Part shown: positions 1-11,278 of the stretch, one piece after another
Numbering within the stretch: the first letter of the stretch is position 1
How the letters are laid out: every line of letters starts with the position of its first letter
Origin: a virus
Strand: one strand, 5' to 3'
DNA length: 64,000 nucleotides
IMG/VR virus record: IMGVR_UViG_3300042691_032761
Translations under genes and position numbers: made by a program
The notes under the pieces: generated by a model
The model's input: the letters and a program-made list of their open reading frames with translations, nothing else
Databases searched by the model: none
What the model was told of the DNA's origin: nothing

Positions 1-2919
1 TTGACCAAAGATGATGGATCAATAGAACCAATATTAGGATTTAATAATACCACACAATATAATTATGGAAGAGAACTAGCTGGTAAATTGTATGCTTTTA
101 CATATAGTTTAAGTGCAAATGCTCAGGCTATTAATTTATGGAAATGGGATATGGCAAGAGCATACGGATTAACTTACAGTGGAACCGAGCAGATGTGGGA
201 GCCAGCACTATCTCTTAAAGACTCTGGAGCGGTTGTTGTTCCTCACCCTCTTGGTTCAAATAATCCTTCTTTTGATCCTTATGGAACAAAAATTCTAGAC
301 GAAAATATATCTAAAATTTATGTAAAAGCTAAAGTAGAAAAAGAATTTGCAAAATATATTGGGGCAGATGGAAATATTTATACTAAAATTATAATGTCGT
401 TAAATAATCCTGTGTTCCTCAATGCCCTAACACCCGACACCTTATCTGTAACAAATGCTGTGGCTGAGTATTTTATTTCCGATTATACTGGAGCGTCATT
501 AGTAACAGCAATACGAGCCTTGGGAAATTCTTTATTTATTAAACCAACGCCACTAGAAACCTCAGTAACTGCAAAAAATGCTGCTAGTCAAAATAAAGCA
601 AATAAACAATTTAATAACTTATCTATACATCCAAAAGCAGCGATGCCGTTTTTCGCTGGCGTACCAATTGTGGACAATACCTCCGTTTACGGACCTTGGG
701 TATCTGCTCCAGATTTATTGAAAGATGTTATCTTTCCAAGTGATGCTGGAACTCTTCAAATTAAAAAAATAGAAAATTTAATAGGTGGAGCAAAAGTAGA
801 AATTGAATCTGATTTTGTTCCATGGAATTATGGCGGAATGAGAATATTAGACGAGGTGGCTTTATTAAAAGTTGGACAGGATAATGATTATTTACAAAAA
901 TTAGAGTCCGGATCTTTAACTATTCATGGAGTCCCATTTATTAATTTGGGCAATGAATTAAAAACTGCTGGAAATTTGTTTAGAGGACCAACAGTCAGCA
1001 ATATACAGTGCCAAATTAGCGAAAGCGGACCTTCCACAACCTACACATTCAGAACATTCACAAAAAAATTCACATTGTTCAATAAAGAAAATTCTGACAG
1101 AATCAAACAGGCTGCTCAGGCTACACAAAAAATGTCTAGGGAGTTTAGAAAAGAATTTAATGCAGTTTCTGAGATACTAAGAACAATCGCCACCTCGCCA
1201 ACTGTTAATAGCTCTCCAAGTTTTGGTGCTGATTCTATCTTAAGATCATATAGTCCTGTTGATGTTTTGGTTGGATATTCTGCTCCTTTCTGGAGTAGAA
1301 AGGCCGAGCCAGCTAATCTTATGGGATTTTTTCCAAATCCATTAAAAACAACAAATCAATGGTCTGGCAATTCTATAAAACAGATGACCACTGTTAATAT
1401 ACAGGAAAGAAGAGAAGTAGTTCAAGAATTTGAACAACTATATAGTACCAAGTCTTTTATGAGTATGGATGGATTATTACACCCAGTTTCTTTTTATCCA
1501 ACGATGCTATCTTCTACTACTCCATATAAGCCATATTTGACCACATCTGATGGTAAAATTTCAGGATGTCCAATATGCAGAGGAACAAAAACTTATATAT
1601 GGGAAGATAAAACTTTCTATTGCGATTATTGCTCAAATGTCTCTGCTGGACAAGAACCAAATTCTTCAACATCAAACGGAAGATTACCTCCATATATATT
1701 ATCAAACCAAGCAGATGAAGATATAATTAAGGATCCACAAGCTTTAGAAAAACTATTACAATCGACGGTAATGTCAAAAAAAATTGATTATGTAAATTTA
1801 AATCCAATTATAATGCCCGTTGGCGAACTTAGAAATAAATTTGCTCAGTCTAATGATTATACCTCTCATCACATAGACATAGTCGGAAGAAGTGTTGTTC
1901 CTCCTGTAGGATCTCTATCTATAAATTCTAACTTGAATATTGATCAACAACCAATGGTAGATCCTCTTACTGGAGAACTAACAGGATTAGAATATTTTGA
2001 TCAAAATAGAATGGTTTCTGATGGAGATTGGAATTCTGTGGCTTTTGATATGGCTGACGGTAGAGTAGCTAAAAGTGCAAATTCAGTACAAGTTGGAGGA
2101 AAATCTTATGAATATTTTCAAAATAATCATAGATTCTTAGCCTTAAGGGGCCCTCTTGTTATGGCTGGTTGGGGATATGATGTTGATGGAATGCCAGTGC
2201 CAAATGCTTCTGGGGAACCAAAAGAATTAAATGCTGGAGGATACCCAAAACGCATAAGAGACAAAAAAGATCAGACAGGTGGTTTTCAAGATTATGCAGG
2301 AACGATATTAGGTAAAAATCAAACATGGGATAATGATAAAGAAGAATGGACTGATCCAATTAAAGAAAGTGAATTTTATAAAGGCTGGGGATTAAGACCA
2401 GATAGCTGGCCTGTTGGTCCAGTAGACTTAAGATGGGATGAAAATAGAAAAGTTTGGACAGCAGCCCAACCATACAAATTAGTAGATGTTCAATTAGAAG
2501 ATGATTTGGTACCGCCATTTCCTGCTAGAGCATTTTTTAATTCTATGGATAAAACCTCGCCATTACCAAATAATTTAAGACGCATGATATTTGTAAGAGA
2601 TTCTACAGAGAGCTATGGGGCTCCAAGAGGAGCAAAAATAACATGCTATTATGATGAGGCTTCTGGATTTTATGAGCCAATATCAAAACAAAATATAGTA
2701 GCGATGGGCACCATAAGTAGTAATGGAACCGCTAAGATTTTGAATGCTTATGCCAAAGGATTTGATCCTATTACTGGAGAACCAGAAACTCCGGAACAAA
2801 TTACGGTAGAATTTAATAACTATCTTAACTTTGATATCAGTCAAAGTAATCAAGCAGGAATATTTACGTTTATAAAAAATGAATGGATTTTAACAAGTAG
2901 CAATACTTGTGGAGGATAA
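1..2919 (+). CDS. Large hypothetical protein, 5'-truncated, probably virion structural
   Basis: Open frame of 972 codons running in from the window edge. Contains a CPIC-x-CDYC zinc-ribbon motif and no enzyme motif. First of a co-oriented run of very large ORFs. Confidence 0.6.
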   Translation: MTKDDGSIEPILGFNNTTQYNYGRELAGKLYAFTYSLSANAQAINLWKWDMARAYGLTYSGTEQMWEPALSLKDSGAVVVPHPLGSNNPSFDPYGTKILDENISKIYVKAKVEKEFAKYIGADGNIYTKIIMSLNNPVFLNALTPDTLSVTNAVAEYFISDYTGASLVTAIRALGNSLFIKPTPLETSVTAKNAASQNKANKQFNNLSIHPKAAMPFFAGVPIVDNTSVYGPWVSAPDLLKDVIFPSDAGTLQIKKIENLIGGAKVEIESDFVPWNYGGMRILDEVALLKVGQDNDYLQKLESGSLTIHGVPFINLGNELKTAGNLFRGPTVSNIQCQISESGPSTTYTFRTFTKKFTLFNKENSDRIKQAAQATQKMSREFRKEFNAVSEILRTIATSPTVNSSPSFGADSILRSYSPVDVLVGYSAPFWSRKAEPANLMGFFPNPLKTTNQWSGNSIKQMTTVNIQERREVVQEFEQLYSTKSFMSMDGLLHPVSFYPTMLSSTTPYKPYLTTSDGKISGCPICRGTKTYIWEDKTFYCDYCSNVSAGQEPNSSTSNGRLPPYILSNQADEDIIKDPQALEKLLQSTVMSKKIDYVNLNPIIMPVGELRNKFAQSNDYTSHHIDIVGRSVVPPVGSLSINSNLNIDQQPMVDPLTGELTGLEYFDQNRMVSDGDWNSVAFDMADGRVAKSANSVQVGGKSYEYFQNNHRFLALRGPLVMAGWGYDVDGMPVPNASGEPKELNAGGYPKRIRDKKDQTGGFQDYAGTILGKNQTWDNDKEEWTDPIKESEFYKGWGLRPDSWPVGPVDLRWDENRKVWTAAQPYKLVDVQLEDDLVPPFPARAFFNSMDKTSPLPNNLRRMIFVRDSTESYGAPRGAKITCYYDEASGFYEPISKQNIVAMGTISSNGTAKILNAYAKGFDPITGEPETPEQITVEFNNYLNFDISQSNQAGIFTFIKNEWILTSSNTCGG

Positions 2920-2920
2920 A

Positions 2921-5900
2921 ATGTCGTGCGATTGTATAGTTAAAAATACAACTTTTATTAATGAATTGGTTAATGTTTTTGATAAAGAAACAGAACTAAA
3001 ATATGATTTAAAAAGTTTGATTCCTGCATTTAATCCTAAATATAGCGGTATTTGGCAGCCAGTATTTTTTGACAAATCTCCAATAACAGATGATAAAAAA
3101 TGGATTAAAATTAATACAGAAGAAGATGAGGAATGTGATTCAGAAACGCCAGAAGGACTAGGTATTAGACAATTAGTTAATATAAATAATCCAAAATTAA
3201 AAAATTGGACAATAACAGGAAATTTAGAACTTCAATTAGATTGGATAATTGATTTTTCAAAATATGGATACACATGCAAAACATATAGTAGTGGAGTATT
3301 ATTTTGGTATAGATATTATGATATGGGGAGATTAATAAATAAAGATCTTAGATTATTTCCTGGTATAGATTTATATATTTCTGATGGAGACATGGCCTTA
3401 ATAAATGGCAAGCCTGTTGTCACTCCAAATTTAAGTGGAACATTAAATCAAATAAATTCATCATTTATTTCAGCTGGTTTTAATGCTAATACAGCAAAAT
3501 ATAATGCTGCTATTCTGGCAACTGGTCCTCAAATAGATAGAATAACAGAAATATTATCTGGTCCTGATAATGGTATAGGTTATGAAAGAACCAGTCTTGG
3601 ACTATTATATCCACAATTGTCAGGAATGTCAAACAAAAGATATTCTGATATTGGACAAAATAATTATATTGTTACAAAAATAGATTTATTACAAAAACTA
3701 AGTACTAAATATGGCATTTCTTTAATAGTTCCTGAATCTTCCGAAGCCACTTTAAAATCGAACTTTTTATCTTCAACAGGACCTAATATTAGTATAGATC
3801 TTAATACAGAATTATACCTATCCGATAAAGAAAAACCTTGTGCATATGATATTTCTTATTACTTAAATAATGAAATTAAATTAAAAGCATACCAATCAGA
3901 AGAAATATTTACAGTAACAATACCTCCAGAAGATCCAGAAGACCCAGATTCTGAATCAACAGAAAAAAAATATAACATTAATTATGTTAAATTTGGAGAT
4001 AGAACAATAGGATACCACCTATCAGAAAAAGAAAGTGGAATTTTTAATCCAGATATAAGTAATGTAAAACTACATGGTCTTGGAGGAGTTGATTTTAGCA
4101 CATCTTTAACCAGAGATATTTCTTGTGTTAGCTCGATTAATTCAACAACATTCGACGGCCCCTATTTTCTGCAAAAGGATTCTTATCCATCCGGTTTGGA
4201 CGGAACACCAAGTAATATATTCATTAATGTAAAAACACACAATAACTCTCAATTTAAATTTATTAGTGGTATTAATATTGAATATTTAAGATCGGATTCA
4301 AAACCAGTATGCGAACCATTTGTTAAAAATAATGAAACCTGTAATTGTTTTTCTTTGATGGACCTACATCCAGAGGCTAGTGGAAAACAAGAATTATCAA
4401 ATGAAAAAGATCTTTTATTTGTACCATCAACATCAATGTATTATCTTCCTTCTGGAAAATATTATGCAGGATTGACTCAAAATGAAGTTAATGAATATGG
4501 CCTTATGTTGCCATATCATCCGGATCCAGGCACTCCTTTATACAAAGGTCACGATCCTATATTTCCAAAAGAAGAAAATTGCTCATATACTATCGATGGA
4601 TGTGGTAAAAAGACTGTCAGTTTTAATATAGATTACCCTGGTGAATTAATATTAACATATCAGTCTCCAAGCGGTCATTTTATATTAAAATGGGATGAAG
4701 AAACCAAAGAAAATGAAGATCCATATTTCACAAATACAGCAGGAACTTTGTGTCTAACAAAAACTACGCAATATCCATCTCTTGTATATGTAGAGGTAGA
4801 TATCCCAGAATCTAATCCAGATACTCAATGGGCCATAAGCTTATCTGGCATTCAAACAAATTATACTAATCAAGCGCTATCCTTTGGTGGTCTCAATGTC
4901 ACTGGTAAAAAAGGATTTTTTCATCCAAATTTTGGATGGAAATATGATCAAAAATATTGGAATAAAACTCCAATCATTCCAGATCATAAAGGCATATTCT
5001 CTACAACAAATGACAATCAAACTGATAGTATCAATATTTCATTTACTATTCTTGGAATTCCAAACAAAGGATGTAGGTCATCATCATATGGCAGAAAAAT
5101 TGTAAATATTCCATCAAAAGTAAAACTTCCAACCAAGGTGATCATCACCGGAGGAATTGACGATGAGCTATTAATTGATGGACTCAGAGTTGAATCTCAA
5201 ATAGGTGATTGTACTCCTGGTCATTCGGTATACTATGAGTTTATATCCAAAAAGAGAACATTCACTGTTGAAGCTGGAGATAATTATGGAACTAATTCTG
5301 GATATAATTTAAATATTTCATTTCAAAATATAAATTATGATATAAATTATTTTTACAATTCATATGCGATGTATAATGAAGAATATCTGCCAGGGTATAA
5401 TTTTATATATAGCCTTAGTGGACTACCAATACCTAAACAAGATAAAATATTAAATTCTAATTTTATAGGAGTAAAAACACAAGCTTCTTCATATTTTGTT
5501 ACAAATAAATTTAAAAATATTAGATATAATAATATTGAGTCTATGATTTTAGACAATATTCCTTTTGAATATATTAATATAGATTATACATATGGTTATG
5601 CCTATAATGATTTTACATTCGTTAGATCGCCTGGATCTAATATTCTTACGATTCACAGCGACAGTAATGATGAGAGAATACTTAATTATTTTGATGATAT
5701 ATCTATTAGACAGGAACCAATAACTATCATCTCGGCTAAAGATATTACTAAAAGTCTTCAAGTTGAAGTTATCGATGTGTCTGGATCTAATAAAATACAA
5801 ATTAATAAATCTCCAGACGATAATTTATTTTTATCTGGATATATCAATAAAACTAAAAAAGATGGACAATTTAATCAATCTGTTGTGATCTATAGACCAA

Positions 5901-8900
5901 ATAAAACTTATGATGATAGATTAACAATTGGAAAATGGGGAAATATGTCATATGGTTATGCTGAACGTATGGCAGCAAAATACAAAAATATTAACTTATA
6001 TAGATACGATAAGTTGTTAAATCAAGAATGGTATGGAGAAACACTTGATAATCAATGGTACAATAATTCTATTATCAGAAATGGGATAACAAAGAATACA
6101 TCTTATAGTTGGGGCTGTCCAATCAGTTTTGTAAATAATTATAACAAAAATACTCAAACAAATTTTTTTCCATTATCAAGAATATTTAATTCTTTTAGTG
6201 ATGATGGAGATAGAAGATATCAAATATTAAATTGCTCTGGCGATCTTGAGATCCAGGATGAAACATATTTGGATGGCGATAGAATTATTTCTAAAGGAAC
6301 TATAAATGATATTAATGAATATATTTATTTGGGATCGTTTACAGGACCTCTTAAAATTACTGTTAAATTAAATAGTAAAAAAAATAATGAAGGATTTTTA
6401 ATTTTCAAATATAAAGACACAGAGATATTTAGGGGTAAAGTAGAAGATGTAAACGAAGATGATGAAATAGTTATCGAGTTTGAAAAGAATGATGTTTTAC
6501 CAATATATGGACAATTAATAATAGAAAAAAATTCTAGATTTTGTTCCAAACAAACATCTGTTCAGGCTTTATTAATAGAAACATATAAAGTCGAAGTAAA
6601 TTTAACAAGTTTAGAAATTTTTAAGGAATCCAGAATATCTTATTACCAACACGAACCAAATCCATCATTATTAGGACAAATGTCTAGCAATGCTATTAAT
6701 AATAGTGCAGATATCTTAAAAAATAATAAAAATTATATTAGATCTTTAAATAAAGATTTTAATCCATTTTTAGATTTGCATATTTTTGAAGATGACGATA
6801 CACAAAAACCAATTATTAGTAATAGTGGTATAATTTATTTTGAAGATTTTTTCCAACCAAAATCACAAGACTATTTACTAAATAAAATAGAGGTACCTTA
6901 TAATGATGATCTATATTGGCTTGATTTACCACCCCCGGGCAACTGGAGTTTATTAACAGAAAAAGGAATATTATTAAATCAAAATGTAACATATAAAATA
7001 TTGAAAAAATTAGAGTATGAGTGCAAAGACGATGCCTCCGCTTGCTCTGAAAAATATCCAGAAAATATTTGCGACACAATTTATGAGATACAAAAATCAG
7101 ATATTTACGATGCTTTGGGTCTTATCGGATCAGATCAAAATTTGGTAGAAATTTCAGAAGTAAAGTTTCCAGCTCATTGCGACACAATAAACCATTGCTG
7201 CAAAACCGAAGAAGATTGTAATTCTAAAGATTGTGAGGAATATACTGATCAGGAAGATATTGATCAGTGCTATAAGGATCGCGATGCTTGTCTATCAGAA
7301 AGAGAAAGTTGTTTGGAAGCAGAACAAGAAGACAAAGACGATTGTAAAGATTTCTGGGAAAAAGATGTTAAGTATGACATATCATGCAAAGATATTTGTC
7401 CAACAGGATCTGTTAGTGGAGTTATAGAAGTAAAAACTTTAGAATATTATTTATTAAAAGTTAAAGATTATTTAGCTCCACCATTAGATAATGTTAAAGA
7501 AATAGAATTAACATTTTTCCCTCAGAGTGGAATTATAGATATCCCATGTTCAGAATTAAGTTTTTCAAACGTAGGCTCCACATTTTTATACAATTACAGC
7601 TGCTCAGAATCTGAAAAAGACTGTCAGACTATCATTGAAAATGATAAGTCTATTGGATCAGAATTTATTAATGGTTCATTATTAGATATATCTATATTAA
7701 AAAATAATAAAGGAGTAGTAAATATTGCTCCAAGTTCTATTATTATAGAAAATGAAATTAGATATAGAGAAAATGTGCCTCATGAAAATATTATTTCTTT
7801 ACCATTTGATGAGTATGATCCAAGTTCTACATCAAAATATATTATAACTCATGAATTTAATATCAAGAGCAAAGAGTGCGTAGGAGCTGGAAAATTATTT
7901 GATTTATCAATCGACACTATGTCTTGTGAATTTTCTTTAGTCAATAATGCTTCAGGATTAGTATTAGAAAGTTCTTGTTTTGATAGTATCGTAATAGATC
8001 CAAAGTTTGAGTCATCTATGATTGTTTATAAAACGATATGTGATGGCACATTTAAATGCGCACCAAACGGTATCGATGATGAGTGTTCATCTGACTGTCA
8101 ACCTTCAGAATTAGTGTGCGACGAATGGTCATGTGAAGATGCAACAGAATATTTAAAAAGCATAAATCCAAACTATTCATTAGTTAAGTGTGAAGAATTA
8201 ACATTACCAGAAGACTATTATCTAGCATGTAGACAGTGTGGAGACGTTGATTGTTCTGTGTCTATTAGCTATAGTGATCCTTTACCAAGAGACTGTTATT
8301 GTCCGCCAGGGTCAACATTAACAGGAAATCCCGGACAAGAATTGTGTGAATATGAATACAAAACGTTACAATTAAAAGGACAAGATATTGATTATACAGA
8401 TTATTCTTGGGTTCCAAATGTTTGCGAGACAGAAGAAAAAACCAACAAAGGTATAGTTGCTCCATCATGTTTTGGCGAGATAGTTGGCCCATCAAAAGAA
8501 AGTTTGGACCAGTATAACAATTCCTGTCCTGATGGCAAAGAATTTGTTAGTCAAACATCTTATAATCAAGTAATATCTATTAATGCTAATGGAATAGGCA
8601 AAGAACAAAATGAATTAAATTTTGCTGCCCAGAAAGAGGGTTATAGGATTTGTTGTGAATATGAAAAAGTCCAAAAGACATTTTATGATTGTATAGCTAA
8701 ATGCAATGAACAATCTCAAGAATGCGGAGGATCAATAGAGTGTTACTTGCAAGCAGTTGCTTGTAGCTGTGCGTGCAGTGCGACTTTTTATAATGCTATT
8801 GATACCATAGCAGCAAGTCAAACAATATATTATCTATGTAATGGAAATTGTAATAATTCTGACAGTATATCAATAGGGTATTCTTCTAAGTATTGTGGTA

Positions 8901-9610
8901 TTGGCTGGTCTACATACTGTAAAGATACAAATTATTGCTTTATTCCGAATACGTCTGTTGGTGTTGCATGTGGTCCAGAAGAATGCTGTCCTGATACAAG
9001 TTGTGAAGGATATAATGCCTGTGATTCGCTTGACAAAAGATTTAAACCAAAACATAGAGCTACAACTTATAAGTGCGTAAAAAATGAGGCATCGGGAGAT
9101 ACACAAGGAGTAATAGAGGATCAAGGATGTAAAGACCTGGCCACGTCATCTATAGGAACAGTAAGCTCATCTTACGAAATAAAAACTAGAAAAGTAACAT
9201 CATATAGTAAAACCAAGAAAAATGTTCTTTCTCAAGCTGAAAAAATTGAAAAGACTAGTACAGTAAAAGTATTTAATAAAGAATTCAAACTAACATATAA
9301 AGTTAATGAAGATTGTGATCCCGCTTGCGATGATAATGAGGTTTGTTGTGAACAGCAATGCATATCTGAAGATGAAATTTGTTGCGAAAATAAAACTGAT
9401 ATAAATATTAATTTAAAATTTGAAATATATGATAATTTAATTGTTGGAATTATTAATAATAATCAATATAATAAAATATATCATGTCAAATCATTAACAA
9501 GCTTTAAATGTCCAAAAATTATATTTAAATCTCATAATGATAAACTTTATATGTGTAATAATGTAGAGTCAGAGTGTTTGACTTGTTTTGCTGGAGCACA
9601 AGATGTCTAA
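2921..9610 (+). CDS. Giant (~2230 aa) protein with Cys-rich C-terminal third, putative virion/tail-associated
   Basis: ATG at 2921 follows GGAGG (2911-2915). Dense Cys and acidic segments from about residue 1370 (e.g. CCKTEEDCNSKDC, CSCACS, CCEQQC). No signal peptide. Confidence 0.6.
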   Translation: MSCDCIVKNTTFINELVNVFDKETELKYDLKSLIPAFNPKYSGIWQPVFFDKSPITDDKKWIKINTEEDEECDSETPEGLGIRQLVNINNPKLKNWTITGNLELQLDWIIDFSKYGYTCKTYSSGVLFWYRYYDMGRLINKDLRLFPGIDLYISDGDMALINGKPVVTPNLSGTLNQINSSFISAGFNANTAKYNAAILATGPQIDRITEILSGPDNGIGYERTSLGLLYPQLSGMSNKRYSDIGQNNYIVTKIDLLQKLSTKYGISLIVPESSEATLKSNFLSSTGPNISIDLNTELYLSDKEKPCAYDISYYLNNEIKLKAYQSEEIFTVTIPPEDPEDPDSESTEKKYNINYVKFGDRTIGYHLSEKESGIFNPDISNVKLHGLGGVDFSTSLTRDISCVSSINSTTFDGPYFLQKDSYPSGLDGTPSNIFINVKTHNNSQFKFISGINIEYLRSDSKPVCEPFVKNNETCNCFSLMDLHPEASGKQELSNEKDLLFVPSTSMYYLPSGKYYAGLTQNEVNEYGLMLPYHPDPGTPLYKGHDPIFPKEENCSYTIDGCGKKTVSFNIDYPGELILTYQSPSGHFILKWDEETKENEDPYFTNTAGTLCLTKTTQYPSLVYVEVDIPESNPDTQWAISLSGIQTNYTNQALSFGGLNVTGKKGFFHPNFGWKYDQKYWNKTPIIPDHKGIFSTTNDNQTDSINISFTILGIPNKGCRSSSYGRKIVNIPSKVKLPTKVIITGGIDDELLIDGLRVESQIGDCTPGHSVYYEFISKKRTFTVEAGDNYGTNSGYNLNISFQNINYDINYFYNSYAMYNEEYLPGYNFIYSLSGLPIPKQDKILNSNFIGVKTQASSYFVTNKFKNIRYNNIESMILDNIPFEYINIDYTYGYAYNDFTFVRSPGSNILTIHSDSNDERILNYFDDISIRQEPITIISAKDITKSLQVEVIDVSGSNKIQINKSPDDNLFLSGYINKTKKDGQFNQSVVIYRPNKTYDDRLTIGKWGNMSYGYAERMAAKYKNINLYRYDKLLNQEWYGETLDNQWYNNSIIRNGITKNTSYSWGCPISFVNNYNKNTQTNFFPLSRIFNSFSDDGDRRYQILNCSGDLEIQDETYLDGDRIISKGTINDINEYIYLGSFTGPLKITVKLNSKKNNEGFLIFKYKDTEIFRGKVEDVNEDDEIVIEFEKNDVLPIYGQLIIEKNSRFCSKQTSVQALLIETYKVEVNLTSLEIFKESRISYYQHEPNPSLLGQMSSNAINNSADILKNNKNYIRSLNKDFNPFLDLHIFEDDDTQKPIISNSGIIYFEDFFQPKSQDYLLNKIEVPYNDDLYWLDLPPPGNWSLLTEKGILLNQNVTYKILKKLEYECKDDASACSEKYPENICDTIYEIQKSDIYDALGLIGSDQNLVEISEVKFPAHCDTINHCCKTEEDCNSKDCEEYTDQEDIDQCYKDRDACLSERESCLEAEQEDKDDCKDFWEKDVKYDISCKDICPTGSVSGVIEVKTLEYYLLKVKDYLAPPLDNVKEIELTFFPQSGIIDIPCSELSFSNVGSTFLYNYSCSESEKDCQTIIENDKSIGSEFINGSLLDISILKNNKGVVNIAPSSIIIENEIRYRENVPHENIISLPFDEYDPSSTSKYIITHEFNIKSKECVGAGKLFDLSIDTMSCEFSLVNNASGLVLESSCFDSIVIDPKFESSMIVYKTICDGTFKCAPNGIDDECSSDCQPSELVCDEWSCEDATEYLKSINPNYSLVKCEELTLPEDYYLACRQCGDVDCSVSISYSDPLPRDCYCPPGSTLTGNPGQELCEYEYKTLQLKGQDIDYTDYSWVPNVCETEEKTNKGIVAPSCFGEIVGPSKESLDQYNNSCPDGKEFVSQTSYNQVISINANGIGKEQNELNFAAQKEGYRICCEYEKVQKTFYDCIAKCNEQSQECGGSIECYLQAVACSCACSATFYNAIDTIAASQTIYYLCNGNCNNSDSISIGYSSKYCGIGWSTYCKDTNYCFIPNTSVGVACGPEECCPDTSCEGYNACDSLDKRFKPKHRATTYKCVKNEASGDTQGVIEDQGCKDLATSSIGTVSSSYEIKTRKVTSYSKTKKNVLSQAEKIEKTSTVKVFNKEFKLTYKVNEDCDPACDDNEVCCEQQCISEDEICCENKTDININLKFEIYDNLIVGIINNNQYNKIYHVKSLTSFKCPKIIFKSHNDKLYMCNNVESECLTCFAGAQDV

Positions 9611-11249
9611 AACCTATTTTGACAAAGATGGAACATTAAGATATGTAGCAAAGGATGAAACACACAAGTGTTTTGATGCATCTCAAACATGTTCGTCCAA
9701 TAGCAATAATATGGCTTGTAGAACTAATTGGTGGTACAATGGATATTGGTTTGGTTGGTGGGGATGGCATGGTAATTGGGGAGTATATGGAGATAATTTA
9801 ACATATTTATATACAGAAATAGATGCTCCAGAAGCATATAGGTGTGGAGCAATTGATAATTGTCCTACGGGCGGGTCACAAAATTGTGATGATATAAGTA
9901 AAAATTCTTGTGGTAAGCCAAGAATAGCAAGATGCAAAACTTATGGATGTGTATCGGATTATAACGGTTATTATGGCAATTATAATTGTGATATAGTTAA
10001 TGGTAAAGACAGAGAAATAAGATGTTGCAAAGCTCCATCAAATTTTCAGTGCAAAGAGGGAGAATGTGATTATGATTATGAAATAGTAAAAAAAGAATAT
10101 ACTGTCGAGTATGAATTAGTAAGACCAGCTTATTCGTGCATAGAGGAATACGAATATCCAAAAGAAGCTTGTGCTCCTCACGATGCAATTCCATCGGACG
10201 GTACATTTTGTGAACAAAATATTACTGAATGTTCAACAGAGCCGGAAGCAAAATGTGAAACAGGATATAATTGGTGGCTCAATAATAAATGTCCAGAAAA
10301 TCCCGAAAAACCAAAAGAAGGATATAAGAAAGAAATATCTACATCAACATCTGTGGTTAATTTTTGGGAGTTAGACGATTGTAATTGTGGATATAATAAT
10401 GGCTACTATTCATGTCCATCTTGTTATAAATGCGAAGATTTTGAAGATTGTAATTATGATTTAAGAGGATATAATAATGGATGGTATTGGAATAATTATG
10501 GTTTTGGAGGCTACATAGGAGATGATTGCTGCAATAGTGGGCTTTGGGGATGGGGATGGTGGGGTTATTGGGGTTTTGGTCCGTGTCCGATTGATGCTGG
10601 GGACGGGTCTGATAATCCGTGGTGGTGTGATGGTTCAGAATGTGTTCAAAAAGCGAGCGGACAACAATCAGAAACGGACGATGGGCCGTATACTACATAT
10701 TTAAAATGTATGGAAAATTGTCTAAAAGATGAAACAGGAAGCACAAATAAATGCATACCGGATGCTAAAACCTATACAAGAGGTTATTGTTGTGATTCAA
10801 ATTTTATTGAACAAATGCAGAATAATATTAAAGATGGATGTTATGAAGAAGGCCCCAAATATACAAAAAAGACCAAAGAAAAGCTATGCTCAGCATCTAG
10901 CTGCTCAAATGATCTTATCGTTGAAAGAGATGATGATATGTGTACATATGGAACAAAATATTGTCCATCTCATAAAGTAATTCGGACAGATACTGGTGCG
11001 CTATACACATATGATCCTCCGATACAAGAAAAAGCATATAATAGAATATGTAATAGTTGTGAAAAAGCGACCAATGATGAATGTGAGAAAGATCCTCAAT
11101 CTAAATGTCCAGCTAATACAGAATTACCATTATTGAGAAATACAAAAAAATATTTTGAAGATGAAGTCCTAGGAACAGCATCCATTAAATTGACAATGGT
11201 ATTTTGTAAGATAACCACGAAAGAATGTGTTATTGACTATTCTGAATAA
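9603..11249 (+). CDS. Cys/Trp/Gly/Tyr-rich protein (~548 aa), putative virion-associated
   Basis: ATG at 9603 overlaps the end of the upstream gene. About 47 Cys by hand count, plus aromatic-glycine tracts such as WWYNGYWFGWWGWHGNWG. Confidence 0.6.
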   Translation: MSKTYFDKDGTLRYVAKDETHKCFDASQTCSSNSNNMACRTNWWYNGYWFGWWGWHGNWGVYGDNLTYLYTEIDAPEAYRCGAIDNCPTGGSQNCDDISKNSCGKPRIARCKTYGCVSDYNGYYGNYNCDIVNGKDREIRCCKAPSNFQCKEGECDYDYEIVKKEYTVEYELVRPAYSCIEEYEYPKEACAPHDAIPSDGTFCEQNITECSTEPEAKCETGYNWWLNNKCPENPEKPKEGYKKEISTSTSVVNFWELDDCNCGYNNGYYSCPSCYKCEDFEDCNYDLRGYNNGWYWNNYGFGGYIGDDCCNSGLWGWGWWGYWGFGPCPIDAGDGSDNPWWCDGSECVQKASGQQSETDDGPYTTYLKCMENCLKDETGSTNKCIPDAKTYTRGYCCDSNFIEQMQNNIKDGCYEEGPKYTKKTKEKLCSASSCSNDLIVERDDDMCTYGTKYCPSHKVIRTDTGALYTYDPPIQEKAYNRICNSCEKATNDECEKDPQSKCPANTELPLLRNTKKYFEDEVLGTASIKLTMVFCKITTKECVIDYSE

Positions 11250-11260
11250 TATACTATTAT
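11233..11260 (+). promoter_or_regulatory. Sigma70-like promoter TTGACT-N16-TATTAT
   Basis: TTGACT at 11233-11238 and TATTAT at 11255-11260, upstream of an AAAGGA SD and the ATG at 11279. Confidence 0.45.
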
Positions 11261-11278
11261 AAGTTAAAGGAAATAATT

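Noticed and set aside
9603-11249. Diversity-generating retroelement target or CRISPR-like repeats in the W/G-rich tracts
   Set aside because: No reverse transcriptase, no long template/variable repeat pair and no regularly spaced repeats were seen; only a 14-bp coding duplication.
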